A stretch of DNA of 64,000 bases. Source: Minisyncoccota bacterium. GTDB lineage: Bacteria > Patescibacteriota > Minisyncoccia > JBAYJV01. Location of the stretch: assembly GCA_041664925.1 (NCBI GenBank), contig JBAYJV010000002.1:8302-72301 (forward strand). The letters run 5' to 3'. The notes under the pieces were generated by a model. That model saw nothing but the letters and a program-made list of their open reading frames with translations, had not been told where the DNA came from and searched no databases. Positions 10,349 through 20,171 of this stretch are shown piece after piece. Position 1 is the stretch's first letter. Each line of letters opens with the position of its first letter. Position numbers and translations under genes: made by a program.

Positions 10349-10447
10349 GTCTTAAGTATAGCAAACTGCATTATTTTGTCAATAACCCTATCAATTGTTC
10401 GTAAGATGTGATACAATAGAACATATTAATTTACATAATTTAAAAAT

Positions 10448-11101
10448 ATGAGAAAAGATACTAAGAAAACTTTTGATAATGATTCTTTTGGAATGCATCA
10501 GGCGGTTTGCGCTGATTGCGGCAAGAAATGCGAAATTCCTTTTAAGCCGTCGAGCGATAGACCAGTTTATTGCGATGATTGTTTCAGAAGCAAGAGAGAG
10601 AGCAGAAACTCTGGCGGTGGTGGATCAAGCTTTGGGCGCGGGGGATCAGGTTCTTCTTATGGTGGCGGAGGAAGGGGCGATTTCAGAAGAAGTGACAGAG
10701 ACAAACGAATGTATTCGGCGACTTGCTCTGGTTGCGGAGCGAGATGCGAAGTCCCATTCCAGCCAACAAGCGGAAAACCAGTTTATTGCAATGATTGCTT
10801 TAAGAGAGATGGCAGTGGAAGGAATGATCGAGGCGGCGGTGGTGGGCAAGGACAAATTACTAATCAGCTGGCAGCCTTGAACAGCAAATTAGACAGAATT
10901 TTAAAGATTTTATCTCCGAGCGAACCGGTAAAAGTTGTTGAGGTAGTTGAAAAGAAGAAAATCATGAAGGAAGTGAATAAACCAGAACTCAAAAATGCCA
11001 TTAAAAATGCGCAGGAAGATGTAATACCAGAAACACCAAAGAAAGAAAAAGAAAAGAAGGTCGCGAAAAAATCTGCCAAAAAAGCAAAAGCGAAAAAGTA
11101 A
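10448..11101 (+). CDS. CxxC-x17-CxxC domain protein (two copies)
   Basis: CADCGKKCEIPFKPSSDRPVYCDDCF and CSGCGARCEVPFQPTSGKPVYCNDCF; Gly-rich linkers, Lys-rich tail. Confidence 0.9.
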   Translation: MRKDTKKTFDNDSFGMHQAVCADCGKKCEIPFKPSSDRPVYCDDCFRSKRESRNSGGGGSSFGRGGSGSSYGGGGRGDFRRSDRDKRMYSATCSGCGARCEVPFQPTSGKPVYCNDCFKRDGSGRNDRGGGGGQGQITNQLAALNSKLDRILKILSPSEPVKVVEVVEKKKIMKEVNKPELKNAIKNAQEDVIPETPKKEKEKKVAKKSAKKAKAKK

Positions 11102-11161
11102 AAATGAATTAGCGCAGGAGTCCAACTTCTGCGCTGTTTGTTTAGTTGATAAATTATATAT

Positions 11162-11665
11162 ATGAAAAAAGTTTCTGTTTCTGAAGCGTTTGATATGTTT
11201 AAGCCTGAAAAATGCGTTTTTGTTATATCTATTGATGAAAAAGGAAAACCATCGGGAATGATATGTGGTCATGCTATGAAATGTTCAAAAAAATCTGAAT
11301 TGTACGCAGTGGCTTTGTGGGAAGAAGGATACACCCAAGAACTTATTAGGAGTAGCAAGGAATTTGTAGTTGCAGTTTCGAATAAATCATTAGAAAAAGA
11401 AGTAATATTGTTTGGCTCTGTCTCGGGCAGAGATGTAGATAAATTCAAAGAAAGCAAAATCGCAACAGAAAAGGCGCAATTTATCAAATCGCCTTTATTG
11501 AAAGATGCAACAATAAATTTTGAGTGCAAATTACAAGAAGAAGTTAGAGTAGGCGATCACATTATGTTTATTGGAAAAATTCTTGCTGCATATGTCAATG
11601 AAGATAAAAAAGTATTACTTAATATGGGAAAAATTAACGGAGAAAGAATTTATAAAGAATTTTAA
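11162..11665 (+). CDS. flavin reductase-like FMN-binding protein
   Basis: GSVSGRDVDKF, FECKL, GDHIMFIG motifs. Confidence 0.85.
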   Translation: MKKVSVSEAFDMFKPEKCVFVISIDEKGKPSGMICGHAMKCSKKSELYAVALWEEGYTQELIRSSKEFVVAVSNKSLEKEVILFGSVSGRDVDKFKESKIATEKAQFIKSPLLKDATINFECKLQEEVRVGDHIMFIGKILAAYVNEDKKVLLNMGKINGERIYKEF

Positions 11666-11692
11666 TAAAACACAACTAACTAATTTAAAAAA

Positions 11693-12754
11693 GTGGATCA
11701 AGAACGATTAAATCCAAATAACGATTCAAGAGAATCAACTATTTCAAAGGTTGTTGGAGTTGATGCAACGACAGAACAAGAACTTTTAGATTATTTCAAA
11801 AGAAAATTTGAAGCTGAGGAAAAAAGCTTCAAAGAAAAAGAACACTCACAGGAATTAGATGATCTAATATCGAGATTAAATGCGCAAATGAAAGAATTCT
11901 TAGGGCGGTATGGAGTGAGCGCAATTGAAGTTCCGGCAAAAAATATTCACATTCCCGATCAATCAGCAATGAATTCCGAACAACTTGCAATATTCGGCGA
12001 AAAGTTTAAGGGTATTGCCGCTCAATATTTTTTAACAAAACAAAGAATCATAGTAGTGGAAGATTACAGGAAGGGAAATAAGCTAAATTTTCTTCAAGGT
12101 CTTTCACACGAAATGTTCCATTTAAATTCTTTTCATTCTGTTCAAAGAACGGATAGGCAGGATGTGGTAGATTTTCAGCTTGTCGCAAAATCGGAAGATG
12201 GAGAGACAGAAAATATATCTTTAATAGGAAGACGAGCGGGTTTTTCAATTGTTTCAAGAGATGCCGACGCAGCTTATTTTAGGGACATTGATGAAGCGAT
12301 TATGACTGAACTGGAAATGAGGTTTGACCAAGAATATCTTTCGAAAATTCCCGAGTTAGAAGAAGAATATCAGGCAAGAGAAGAAGCGATAACTGCGCTG
12401 GGCGCTCGTACTGGAGAAGACATTGAGTCATTGAGGAAAACTGTTGCCGCGCTAAGCGAAATACCGCAAGAAGATGGCGGGGCAAATGTTCGAATAATGG
12501 AGTATTCTTATAAAAATGAAAGAAAACAACTAAACGAATTAATAGATAATTTATATGAAAAAAATCAGAGTGAATTTTCTTCAAGGGAAGATGTTTTTAA
12601 ATTATTCGTAGAGGCGGCTATGAGTGGCAGGTTATTGCCAATTGCGCGTTTAATAGAAAAAACTTGCGGGAAGGGCAGTTTTCGAGAACTTGGAGAAATG
12701 ACAGCGAAAAGAGCGGAGGACACTAAACCGAAAAATAACGATTTAAATAATTAA
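11693..12754 (+). CDS. hypothetical protein with HExxH motif
   Basis: LSHEMFH plus downstream IDEA; possible zinc metallopeptidase-like. Confidence 0.6.
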   Translation: MDQERLNPNNDSRESTISKVVGVDATTEQELLDYFKRKFEAEEKSFKEKEHSQELDDLISRLNAQMKEFLGRYGVSAIEVPAKNIHIPDQSAMNSEQLAIFGEKFKGIAAQYFLTKQRIIVVEDYRKGNKLNFLQGLSHEMFHLNSFHSVQRTDRQDVVDFQLVAKSEDGETENISLIGRRAGFSIVSRDADAAYFRDIDEAIMTELEMRFDQEYLSKIPELEEEYQAREEAITALGARTGEDIESLRKTVAALSEIPQEDGGANVRIMEYSYKNERKQLNELIDNLYEKNQSEFSSREDVFKLFVEAAMSGRLLPIARLIEKTCGKGSFRELGEMTAKRAEDTKPKNNDLNN

Positions 12755-12769
12755 ATTAAAATTAAAAAT

Positions 12770-13285
12770 ATGATTCTTAAAAACATTCCTTTTGGAAAAA
12801 TTGATGAGTTTAATGTGCTTGTTGAAATTTCCAAAAACAATCAGAACAAATATGAATATAATGAGGAATTTGGGGCGATGGAACTCGATTGGGTTTTTAC
12901 GGGTGGTTTTTGCTTTCCATTTAATTATGGCTTGATCCCTCAAACTTTGGGCGGCGATGGCGATCACGCCGATGCTTTTGTTTTAACTGATCATCCGATT
13001 GAACCGGGAATAGTTGTTAAATGCCGAGCCATTGGAATTATAGAACTTTTAGACAGAGGCGAAGAAGATAATAAAATTCTTGCGGTTGCCTTGGCGGATC
13101 AGAAATATAAAAAATATCAAGATTTGGAAGATTTGCCGTTTGATTACAAAACCATTTTTGAGAATTTCTTTAAAGAACTGGGCATTCAAAAAAGCAAAAC
13201 TCTTGAAATCAAAGGTTTTTATGGAAAAGACAGGGCAATTCAAGAAATCAATAAATATTTAGAAAATTTTAAAGGAAAAGCCTAG
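12770..13285 (+). CDS. ppa: inorganic pyrophosphatase
   Basis: NKYEY, NYGLIPQTLGGDGDHADA, EEDNKILAV motifs. Confidence 0.9.
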   Translation: MILKNIPFGKIDEFNVLVEISKNNQNKYEYNEEFGAMELDWVFTGGFCFPFNYGLIPQTLGGDGDHADAFVLTDHPIEPGIVVKCRAIGIIELLDRGEEDNKILAVALADQKYKKYQDLEDLPFDYKTIFENFFKELGIQKSKTLEIKGFYGKDRAIQEINKYLENFKGKA

Positions 13286-13294
13286 ATTTATTAC

Positions 13295-13331
13295 ATAAAA
13301 AAATCCACGCACTTTCTTATGCGTGGGTTTT
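13295..13331 (-). terminator. intrinsic terminator duplicated at 13761-13797
   Basis: Identical 37 bp: ATAAAAAAATCCACGCACTTTCTTATGCGTGGGTTTT. Confidence 0.85.
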
Positions 13332-13334
13332 GTT

Positions 13335-13655
13335 TTATTTTCTTTTAGGAGTTATCACGAGAATGATAAATTTCATAAGGGAAAGGAAAGCAAATCCTCC
13401 TTGGACGATAATCTCTCCTAACAGACTTAATGTCCTGTCAGGATATGGGAACCAGATAGAGACAGCGGGAGATTTATACTGAGTCCACAAGGTAATCGTA
13501 TTGAATCCCAATAGCAGAGTTACGATAATCCAAAAGATTCGTGATTTTTCTAATGGTCTGATGAAAAAAAACACCAAACCAATTCCCAAAAGACCGATTA
13601 TTCCAGCAATAGTGCTCCACATTACAAGAGTATCCCAAGCAACTTGGCTTTCCAT
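13335..13655 (-). CDS. small 3-TM orphan protein
   Basis: SD AAAGGAG, own promoter and terminator. Confidence 0.7.
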   Translation of the reverse strand: MESQVAWDTLVMWSTIAGIIGLLGIGLVFFFIRPLEKSRIFWIIVTLLLGFNTITLWTQYKSPAVSIWFPYPDRTLSLLGEIIVQGGFAFLSLMKFIILVITPKRK

Positions 13656-13674
13656 ATTTTTCTCCTTTATTTTG

Positions 13675-13751
13675 TTTTAAGAACTGATATGAGTCTATCA
13701 TATACACATAATTTGTCAAGAAAATCTTACGAAGTCGGACTTCGTAAGATT
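13675..13751 (-). promoter_or_regulatory. 77-bp promoter/boxA-like/REP block duplicated at 14195-14271
   Basis: One mismatch between copies; TTGACA-16-TAGACT then GTTCTTAAAA. Confidence 0.85.
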
Positions 13752-13849
13752 GTTTGTAAGATAAAAAAATCCACGCACTTTCTTATGCGTGGGTTTTTGA
13801 TTTCTTTTATTTCTCTTATTTCTCTTTAGAGGATTGATTCATGTTTCGA

Positions 13850-14179
13850 TTATCGAATTTCCACTAAGTGATGGAAGATTCTACGCACTTTGCCATCTTT
13901 AACTCCAAGTTTTGCAAGACCAGAAAGTATACGCGATTTGTGTTTCATAGACCAAAAACCACGAGTATTTTCGTGAAGATCTCTTTGAAGTAAAAAGGTG
14001 TTTACTGTCAAGATTAGGAAATCACCACTTTGTAAGCGAGCCAATGGACCACGTTCCGCAACTTTCATTTTTAAAGGATCAGATTGAGTAATTTCTGCAA
14101 TGTATAATTCTGTCATGCCCACGATGTTAATAACCACTAAGTCGCCAACTTGCATTGAGCACGGAAAAAAACTTTCCAT
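13850..14179 (-). CDS. hypothetical orphan protein (109 aa)
   Basis: ATG 14179 after AAGGAGG; the longer 14530 ORF crosses a promoter and the opposite gene. Confidence 0.65.
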   Translation of the reverse strand: MESFFPCSMQVGDLVVINIVGMTELYIAEITQSDPLKMKVAERGPLARLQSGDFLILTVNTFLLQRDLHENTRGFWSMKHKSRILSGLAKLGVKDGKVRRIFHHLVEIR

Positions 14180-14338
14180 CCCTTCCTCCTTATATTTTAA
14201 GAACTGATATGAGTCTATCATATACACATAATTTGTCAAGAAAATCTTACGAAGTCCGACTTCGTAAGATTTTTTAAATAAACAATTGACATTAAAATTA
14301 AGTTTTGTTAGAATATTGTCAGTACCAAAGGAGGCGTT

Positions 14339-14614
14339 ATGGCGAAGAAAAAGGTGACGAGACAAGTCGAGGTTACTGAGTGCGATTTTTGTGGAGTAGA
14401 GGACAAGAATTGTTCTCGGTGCGTTCTTTGCGGGAAGTATGCTTGCACTAAGCGTGGAGGGTCGGAGCACATCGCTTTTAGTGTTAGTGTTTTTGATTAT
14501 GCAACAAATGAAAGGACAGAAACAGCTCATATTTGCAAAGAATGTACTGGGACTAAACCAGATTTAACCGTTGGGCAGTTGCTTAAAAAGATTCTTCATT
14601 GGGTACCTATGTAG
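14339..14614 (+). CDS. small Cys-rich zinc-finger-like protein
   Basis: CDFC, CVLC, CKEC; SD AAAGGAGG; TTGACA-17-TAGAAT promoter; terminator 14620-14650. Confidence 0.7.
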   Translation: MAKKKVTRQVEVTECDFCGVEDKNCSRCVLCGKYACTKRGGSEHIAFSVSVFDYATNERTETAHICKECTGTKPDLTVGQLLKKILHWVPM

Positions 14615-14693
14615 AAATTCGCTCCGAGATAGTGCCTCGGAGCTTTTTTTATCTCAAAGATTCTGATAGAATAGAAAGATAAAAAACAACAAT

Positions 14694-15665
14694 ATGTTTA
14701 TTGATGATGTAACAATTAAAATAAAAGCCGGTGACGGCGGACGAGGAGTAGTTGCTTTCAATAGGACAAAAATGAGCCTAGGTCCGACTGGGGGCAACGG
14801 TGGCAATGGCGGCAACATTTACTTAGAAGGCGTATCTGATATCAGCGCGCTCGCCCAATTTCGTTACAAAAAAGAATTAGTCGCAAAAAATGGCGAAAAT
14901 GGAAAATCAAGCTTGAATGACGGTGAAACCGGAGAAGATTTAATCTTAAAAGTGCCAATCGGTACTGTCGTCCATAATCTTTCAACAAAAGAAGATTCAG
15001 AAATTATTTCCATTGGCCAGCGCTTATTAGTCGCTAAGGGTGGTTTAGGCGGTTATGGCAATTTTGTTTTTCGTTCGTCAACTAACACAACACCAAGACA
15101 AGCGACAGACGGAAGCGAAGGCGAAGAACGAATCTTAAGGCTTGAAATAAAACTGATCGCTGATGTCGGTTTTATAGGATTACCCAACGTTGGAAAATCT
15201 AGTCTTTTAAACGAACTTACCAACGCCCAAAGCAAAGTTGCTAATTACCCCTTTACTACGCTCACTCCAAATCTGGGCACTTATTATGAATTGATTTTAG
15301 CGGATATTCCCGGGCTAATCGAAGGCGCGTCTGATGGCAAGGGATTGGGCATAAAATTTTTGCGCCACGTTGAACGCACCAAAACTCTTTTTCATTTCAT
15401 ATCTTCAGAATCGACAGATCTTCTCAAAGATTATCAGGTTATTAGAAATGAACTCGGTGTCTATAATAAACAGCTTTTAGAAAAACCGGAATACATATTC
15501 TTGACAAAAACTGATTTATTTGAAAAAAAAGAAATTACCAAAAAAATTAATCAATTAAAGAAAATTAATAAAGAAATTATTCCTATTTCCATAATAGACG
15601 ACGAAAGTGTTAAAAAAGTCGAAATAATCTTGCGTAAAGTTATTAAAGAAAAATATTCACAGTAA
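14694..15665 (+). CDS. obgE: GTPase ObgE/CgtA
   Basis: MFIDDVTI, Gly-rich Obg domain, GLPNVGKS, DIPG, TKTD. Confidence 0.97.
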   Translation: MFIDDVTIKIKAGDGGRGVVAFNRTKMSLGPTGGNGGNGGNIYLEGVSDISALAQFRYKKELVAKNGENGKSSLNDGETGEDLILKVPIGTVVHNLSTKEDSEIISIGQRLLVAKGGLGGYGNFVFRSSTNTTPRQATDGSEGEERILRLEIKLIADVGFIGLPNVGKSSLLNELTNAQSKVANYPFTTLTPNLGTYYELILADIPGLIEGASDGKGLGIKFLRHVERTKTLFHFISSESTDLLKDYQVIRNELGVYNKQLLEKPEYIFLTKTDLFEKKEITKKINQLKKINKEIIPISIIDDESVKKVEIILRKVIKEKYSQ

Positions 15666-15746
15666 GTCTTCAAAATGTTAGACACCGAGTGTCTAACATT
15701 TTGAATTATAAGCATTGCTAAGTTACGGACTTTCCAGTAAAATGTA

Positions 15747-16541
15747 ATGACTATGATTCAGGTTTCAAATTTAACTAAAAAATTCGATAAATTTACGGCC
15801 GTTGACGACATATCATTCTCCGTCAAAAAGGGAGAAATTTTTGCTTTTCTAGGACCCAATGGCGCCGGTAAAACCACGACAATAAAAATTCTTACCACTC
15901 TTCTTCATCCAACAACTGGAAAAATCAGCTTGAACGGTTTTGATCCGATCAGAGAAAAATATGAAGTCAGAGCATCTTTCGGAATTGTTTTTCAGGATCC
16001 GAGTTTGGATGATGAATTAACTGCCTACGAAAATATGGAATTTCATGGCGTTCTTTATCGAGTTCCCAAGAAGATTCGTCGTGAGCGCATTGAGCATCTC
16101 TTAAAGTTCGTTGAACTTTGGGATCGCAGAAACGATCTTGTTAAGAAATTTTCCGGAGGTATGAAGCGAAGGCTTGAAGTAGCGCGAGGATTAATCCATC
16201 ATCCCAAAATTCTCTTTTTGGACGAACCGACATTGGGACTAGATCCGCAAACCCGCAATCACATTTGGAATTATATAAAAGAATTAAGCAAAAGCGAGCA
16301 AATGACAATTTTCTTCACAACACATTACATGGAAGAAGCGGAAAGGGTAGCGCAAAAAATTGCTATTATTGATCATGGCAAAATTATTGCCGAGGGAACA
16401 TCGAAAGAACTAAAAGAAAAAACCAAAACATCATCGCTTGAAGATGCTTTCTTAGCATTGACAGGTAGTACTATCCGCGATGAAGAAGCAGGATTTATGG
16501 ATAATTTAAGGGCAATGAGGGCAATGCACCGAAGCCGTTAA
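15747..16541 (+). CDS. ABC transporter ATP-binding protein (DrrA-like)
   Basis: GPNGAGKT, FSGGM, LFLDEPT. Confidence 0.95.
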   Translation: MTMIQVSNLTKKFDKFTAVDDISFSVKKGEIFAFLGPNGAGKTTTIKILTTLLHPTTGKISLNGFDPIREKYEVRASFGIVFQDPSLDDELTAYENMEFHGVLYRVPKKIRRERIEHLLKFVELWDRRNDLVKKFSGGMKRRLEVARGLIHHPKILFLDEPTLGLDPQTRNHIWNYIKELSKSEQMTIFFTTHYMEEAERVAQKIAIIDHGKIIAEGTSKELKEKTKTSSLEDAFLALTGSTIRDEEAGFMDNLRAMRAMHRSR

Positions 16542-16550
16542 TAAAACACC

Positions 16551-17297
16551 ATGAACACGATTTATATTCTCTGGCTTAGACAATTAAAAAGATATTTCCG
16601 ATCCAAGGCGCGAATCATTGGATCTTTAGGACAGCCAATTCTTTTTTTGGTAGCGCTTGGTTTTGGCATGAATCAAATGTACGAGAAAGCCGGCGGAGGT
16701 AATTATATTCAATTTCTCGCTCCGGGAGTGATTGCGATGGGCATTATTTTTACTGCGCTTTTTTCTGGCATCGAAATCATCTGGGATCGGCAATTCGGAT
16801 TTTTGAAAGAAACTCTCGTTGCTCCAACATCGCGTCTTAAAATCATGATCGGACGCACATTAGGCGGAGCAACTGTCGCTCTTCTTCAAGGTCTTATTAT
16901 CCTCTTTCTTGCTTTCTTGATTGGATTTAGGCCGCAAAATTTGCTTCTTCTTCCATTGGCAATCGTTTTCACATTTTTAATCGCTCTTCTTTTTACCGCG
17001 ATCGGCACGGCAATCGCTTCAATCCTAAAAGATATGCAAGGTTTCCAACTCATTATGAATTTTCTCGTCATGCCCCTCTTTTTCCTTTCAGGCGCGCTTT
17101 TCCCTCTTCAAGGAGCGCCAAAAGCGTTGGAAATAATTGCTAAAATTGATCCTTTGACTTACGGTGTTGATGGATTACGCGGTACTCTTATCGGCGTTTC
17201 ACAATTCGGCTTAGCTACTGACTTTCTCGTCTTAAGCATTCTTACAGGATTGATTCTTGTTTTGGGTGCTTATCTTTTCTCAAAGATCGAAGTATAA
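16551..17297 (+). CDS. ABC-2 type permease (DrrB-like)
   Basis: DRQFGFLKETLVAP, FFLSGALFP, PLTYGVD. Confidence 0.9.
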   Translation: MNTIYILWLRQLKRYFRSKARIIGSLGQPILFLVALGFGMNQMYEKAGGGNYIQFLAPGVIAMGIIFTALFSGIEIIWDRQFGFLKETLVAPTSRLKIMIGRTLGGATVALLQGLIILFLAFLIGFRPQNLLLLPLAIVFTFLIALLFTAIGTAIASILKDMQGFQLIMNFLVMPLFFLSGALFPLQGAPKALEIIAKIDPLTYGVDGLRGTLIGVSQFGLATDFLVLSILTGLILVLGAYLFSKIEV

Positions 17298-17398
17298 TTT
17301 ACGAACTTATAACACAAAACTCTTTGCGGCCACTAGGTCGTTTTTTTTGCGCCAATTATACTCAAGACAAATGACCAATCATTTTGTATAATATAATT

Positions 17399-18559
17399 AT
17401 GACTCAACGAGAAACAATAAAAAAAGCTTACGAACTAGCAGTTCAAAGCCTTCGCAAACTTTATACTGGCGAAGGGATTATAACTGGCAGAAATCATTTT
17501 ATTGATTATTGGGCGAGAGACAATGTTTTTGCTTGTTTTGGGGCGCTAGAAATCGGCGACGATGAAATTGTCAAAAAAACTCTTGAACATTACCTTAGCT
17601 ATCAAAAATCCAACGGGCTTTTACCTTTCCGCATTGGCGATTCAAGATTGTTTTTAGCAATCCGCGCTCTTGGTTTTAACGTCTTAGGTAAAAGCAAGCC
17701 CCATTATAAAGAAGATAAAAGATTTGACAAAAGTCCCACCGACCAAAATTCTTTAATCGTTATTTTATTCAGAGAATATTTGCGCAAAACTAGAAAAATC
17801 AGCTTCTTAAGAGAAAACATTGAAAAGTTGGAAAAAAGCATTCGTTGGTATATGACCCAAAACGCCGACACCGACCCGCTCATCGAAGAGGATTATTACT
17901 CAACTTGGGCTGACAATATAAAAAAAAGCGGCAAAGTTCTCTACACCAACATTTGCTATTGCCATGCCCTTAAATGCCTTTCCGAAATGTTTCTTCTTCT
18001 GGGAAATTACAAAAAAAGCAGTTATTACGAAAAAAAAGCTGACAATCTAAAAAAATATATTCTCAAGCTTTTCTGGAATTCTCACTATTTCATTGATTGG
18101 ATAAGCAAAAAACGCTACAATCATTTTTCAACCGATGGCAATGTCTTGGCAATTATTTGGGGTATTGCCAATCCGGAACAATCAAGACAAATAGAAATCA
18201 CTCTTGAAAATTTTGGCATCAATCGCTATGTTCCCAGCCTGACCAATGTTCCTAACTATCCTAAAAGAGTTGCCTCATCAATTTTATTGCGATTATTTGG
18301 CATGTCAGATTATCATAATGGCTTATGCTGGCTCTGGTTGGGAGCGGCAGATGCGATTGCAAAAAATAAAGTTGGCATGAGAGAAGAAGCGATTGAAAAT
18401 CTAGCAACAATTGCAAAAATCGCTTTGGGTTATGGCAGTTTTTGCGAGATTTACGATAAAAGAGGCAGGCCCATTCAGCGGCTTTTTTACAAATCTGAAA
18501 GAGATTTCGCTTGGAGCATTGGTGCATTTATTTGGGCATATCATCAAATTTACAAATAG
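17399..18559 (+). CDS. six-hairpin glycoside hydrolase (amylo-alpha-1,6-glucosidase/invertase-like)
   Basis: YWARD, TWAD, YHNGLCWLW, FAWS motifs. Confidence 0.75.
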   Translation: MTQRETIKKAYELAVQSLRKLYTGEGIITGRNHFIDYWARDNVFACFGALEIGDDEIVKKTLEHYLSYQKSNGLLPFRIGDSRLFLAIRALGFNVLGKSKPHYKEDKRFDKSPTDQNSLIVILFREYLRKTRKISFLRENIEKLEKSIRWYMTQNADTDPLIEEDYYSTWADNIKKSGKVLYTNICYCHALKCLSEMFLLLGNYKKSSYYEKKADNLKKYILKLFWNSHYFIDWISKKRYNHFSTDGNVLAIIWGIANPEQSRQIEITLENFGINRYVPSLTNVPNYPKRVASSILLRLFGMSDYHNGLCWLWLGAADAIAKNKVGMREEAIENLATIAKIALGYGSFCEIYDKRGRPIQRLFYKSERDFAWSIGAFIWAYHQIYK

Positions 18560-18757
18560 GACATTTTCTGTCAACTTTTTTCACAAAATCATGAAAACAG
18601 TTGATTTTTTATGTTAAATATGCTATAATAGATAGTAGAGAGAGGTTGGGATTTAAATAAAGAAAACTAAATGAAGCCCCGCACCAGAGCATAGCACGGT
18701 GCGGGGTGTAAGAGCTTCTAGTCTTACTACGTTCGACAAGAATCTCTAACAGGGGGT

Positions 18758-19102
18758 ATGATGAGAAAGAGAGCTTTGTTTAAGCCACGCAATCCGAATC
18801 TCACAGAACGAGAATTCGTTCAGGAGTGGAATGATGTTCTGAGAGAGCGACATTCCAGTTTCCATCTTCAGTACGGTGGGTGGAATCCCAGACAGGGAAA
18901 GGAAATGCGCTGGTGCGATATTTGGAACTTCCCAAACGGGTGGTTCATCGGCTCAAGACTCAGAGGCGATCTTCTGTTGGTGATTGACGAGGATTACACA
19001 CAGGATGTCATCGATGCTCTCGTTGAGGGCAATCTGGCGGAGCGGCTCGATCCAGTCACCGGCGAACCCTTGGTTGAAAAAGTTCGAGAGGCGGCGAAGT
19101 AG
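18758..19102 (+). CDS. hypothetical orphan protein, GC-richer
   Basis: Promoter TTGATT-17-TATAAT, conserved hairpin leader, terminator at 3' end. Confidence 0.7.
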   Translation: MMRKRALFKPRNPNLTEREFVQEWNDVLRERHSSFHLQYGGWNPRQGKEMRWCDIWNFPNGWFIGSRLRGDLLLVIDEDYTQDVIDALVEGNLAERLDPVTGEPLVEKVREAAK

Positions 19103-19142
19103 CGCGCCTCTCTTTTTTTTGTTAGAATAAGATTATATAAAT

Positions 19143-20165
19143 ATGAAAAAACTTGAAGAAATTTTAAATAGCCAGCCAAAGTATCGTTTAACGCAATGTT
19201 ATAAAGTGATTTTTTCTGATTTAATTTCTAATTGGCAGGAAGCAACTGCTTTGCCAGCATCACTTCGTGAAAAATTGGCAAAAGAATTTCCGCTTGAAAT
19301 CAAATCGGAATTTTTTGACTCGGTTGATGAAAAAACCACCAAAGCGCTTATTTCTCTTGAAGATGATTTAAAAATCGAAACTGTCTTGATGCGCCATCGA
19401 GATAATCGCCGAACTGTTTGTGTTTCTTGTCAGGTTGGTTGTCCCTTAAATTGCGAGTTTTGCGCGACGGGTCAAATGGGTTTTAAAAGGAATCTTTCTT
19501 CTTGGGAAATTGTCATGCAAGTTTTGACTTTTGCAAGATTTTTAGAAAAAACTGGAGATGGAAACAGAATTAGCAATATTGTTTTTATGGGAATGGGCGA
19601 ACCCTTTTTAAATTACGATAACGTCATGGAAGCGATCAGGCTTTTAAATAGTGAGGATGTTTTCAATATTGGCGCTAGGCACATTTCTGTTTCAACGGCT
19701 GGGATTACCGAAGGGATAGAAAAATTTTCTGGAGAAAACCTTCAAGTTAATTTAGCAATTTCTCTTCATGCGCCCAATGACGAATTAAGAAATAGCTTGA
19801 TGCCGATTAATAAAAAATATCCGCTCCAAAATATTTTCGAAGCGGTTGATAGATATATTGAAAAAACATCGAGAAAAGTTATGTTTGAATATTTGTTAAT
19901 TGACGGCGTAAACGATAGCGATGACTTGGCTTATGATTTAGCCAAGCTTATGCGTAAGCCACTTTATATGGTTAATTTGATTCCCTGCAATTCTGTGGGA
20001 ATCTTTAAGCCATCGCCAAGTGAAAGAGTAATGAGGTTTAGGGAAATTTTGGAAAGAGAAGGCGTCAATGTTACTCAGCGTTTTCGTTTTGGCCGCGACA
20101 TCAAAGGCGCTTGCGGACAATTAGCAGGGAGTAAAATTAAATTGGGGTTGAAATCCAACACTTAA
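19143..20165 (+). CDS. rlmN: 23S rRNA m2A2503 radical-SAM methyltransferase
   Basis: CVSCQVGCPLNCEFCATG, FMGMGEP, ISLHA, ACGQL. Confidence 0.95.
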   Translation: MKKLEEILNSQPKYRLTQCYKVIFSDLISNWQEATALPASLREKLAKEFPLEIKSEFFDSVDEKTTKALISLEDDLKIETVLMRHRDNRRTVCVSCQVGCPLNCEFCATGQMGFKRNLSSWEIVMQVLTFARFLEKTGDGNRISNIVFMGMGEPFLNYDNVMEAIRLLNSEDVFNIGARHISVSTAGITEGIEKFSGENLQVNLAISLHAPNDELRNSLMPINKKYPLQNIFEAVDRYIEKTSRKVMFEYLLIDGVNDSDDLAYDLAKLMRKPLYMVNLIPCNSVGIFKPSPSERVMRFREILEREGVNVTQRFRFGRDIKGACGQLAGSKIKLGLKSNT

Positions 20166-20171
20166 ATTCCA

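Noticed and set aside
14180-14530. N-terminal extension of ORF 13850-14530
   Set aside because: Runs through a duplicated promoter, a REP and the opposite-strand gene; the SD supports ATG 14179.
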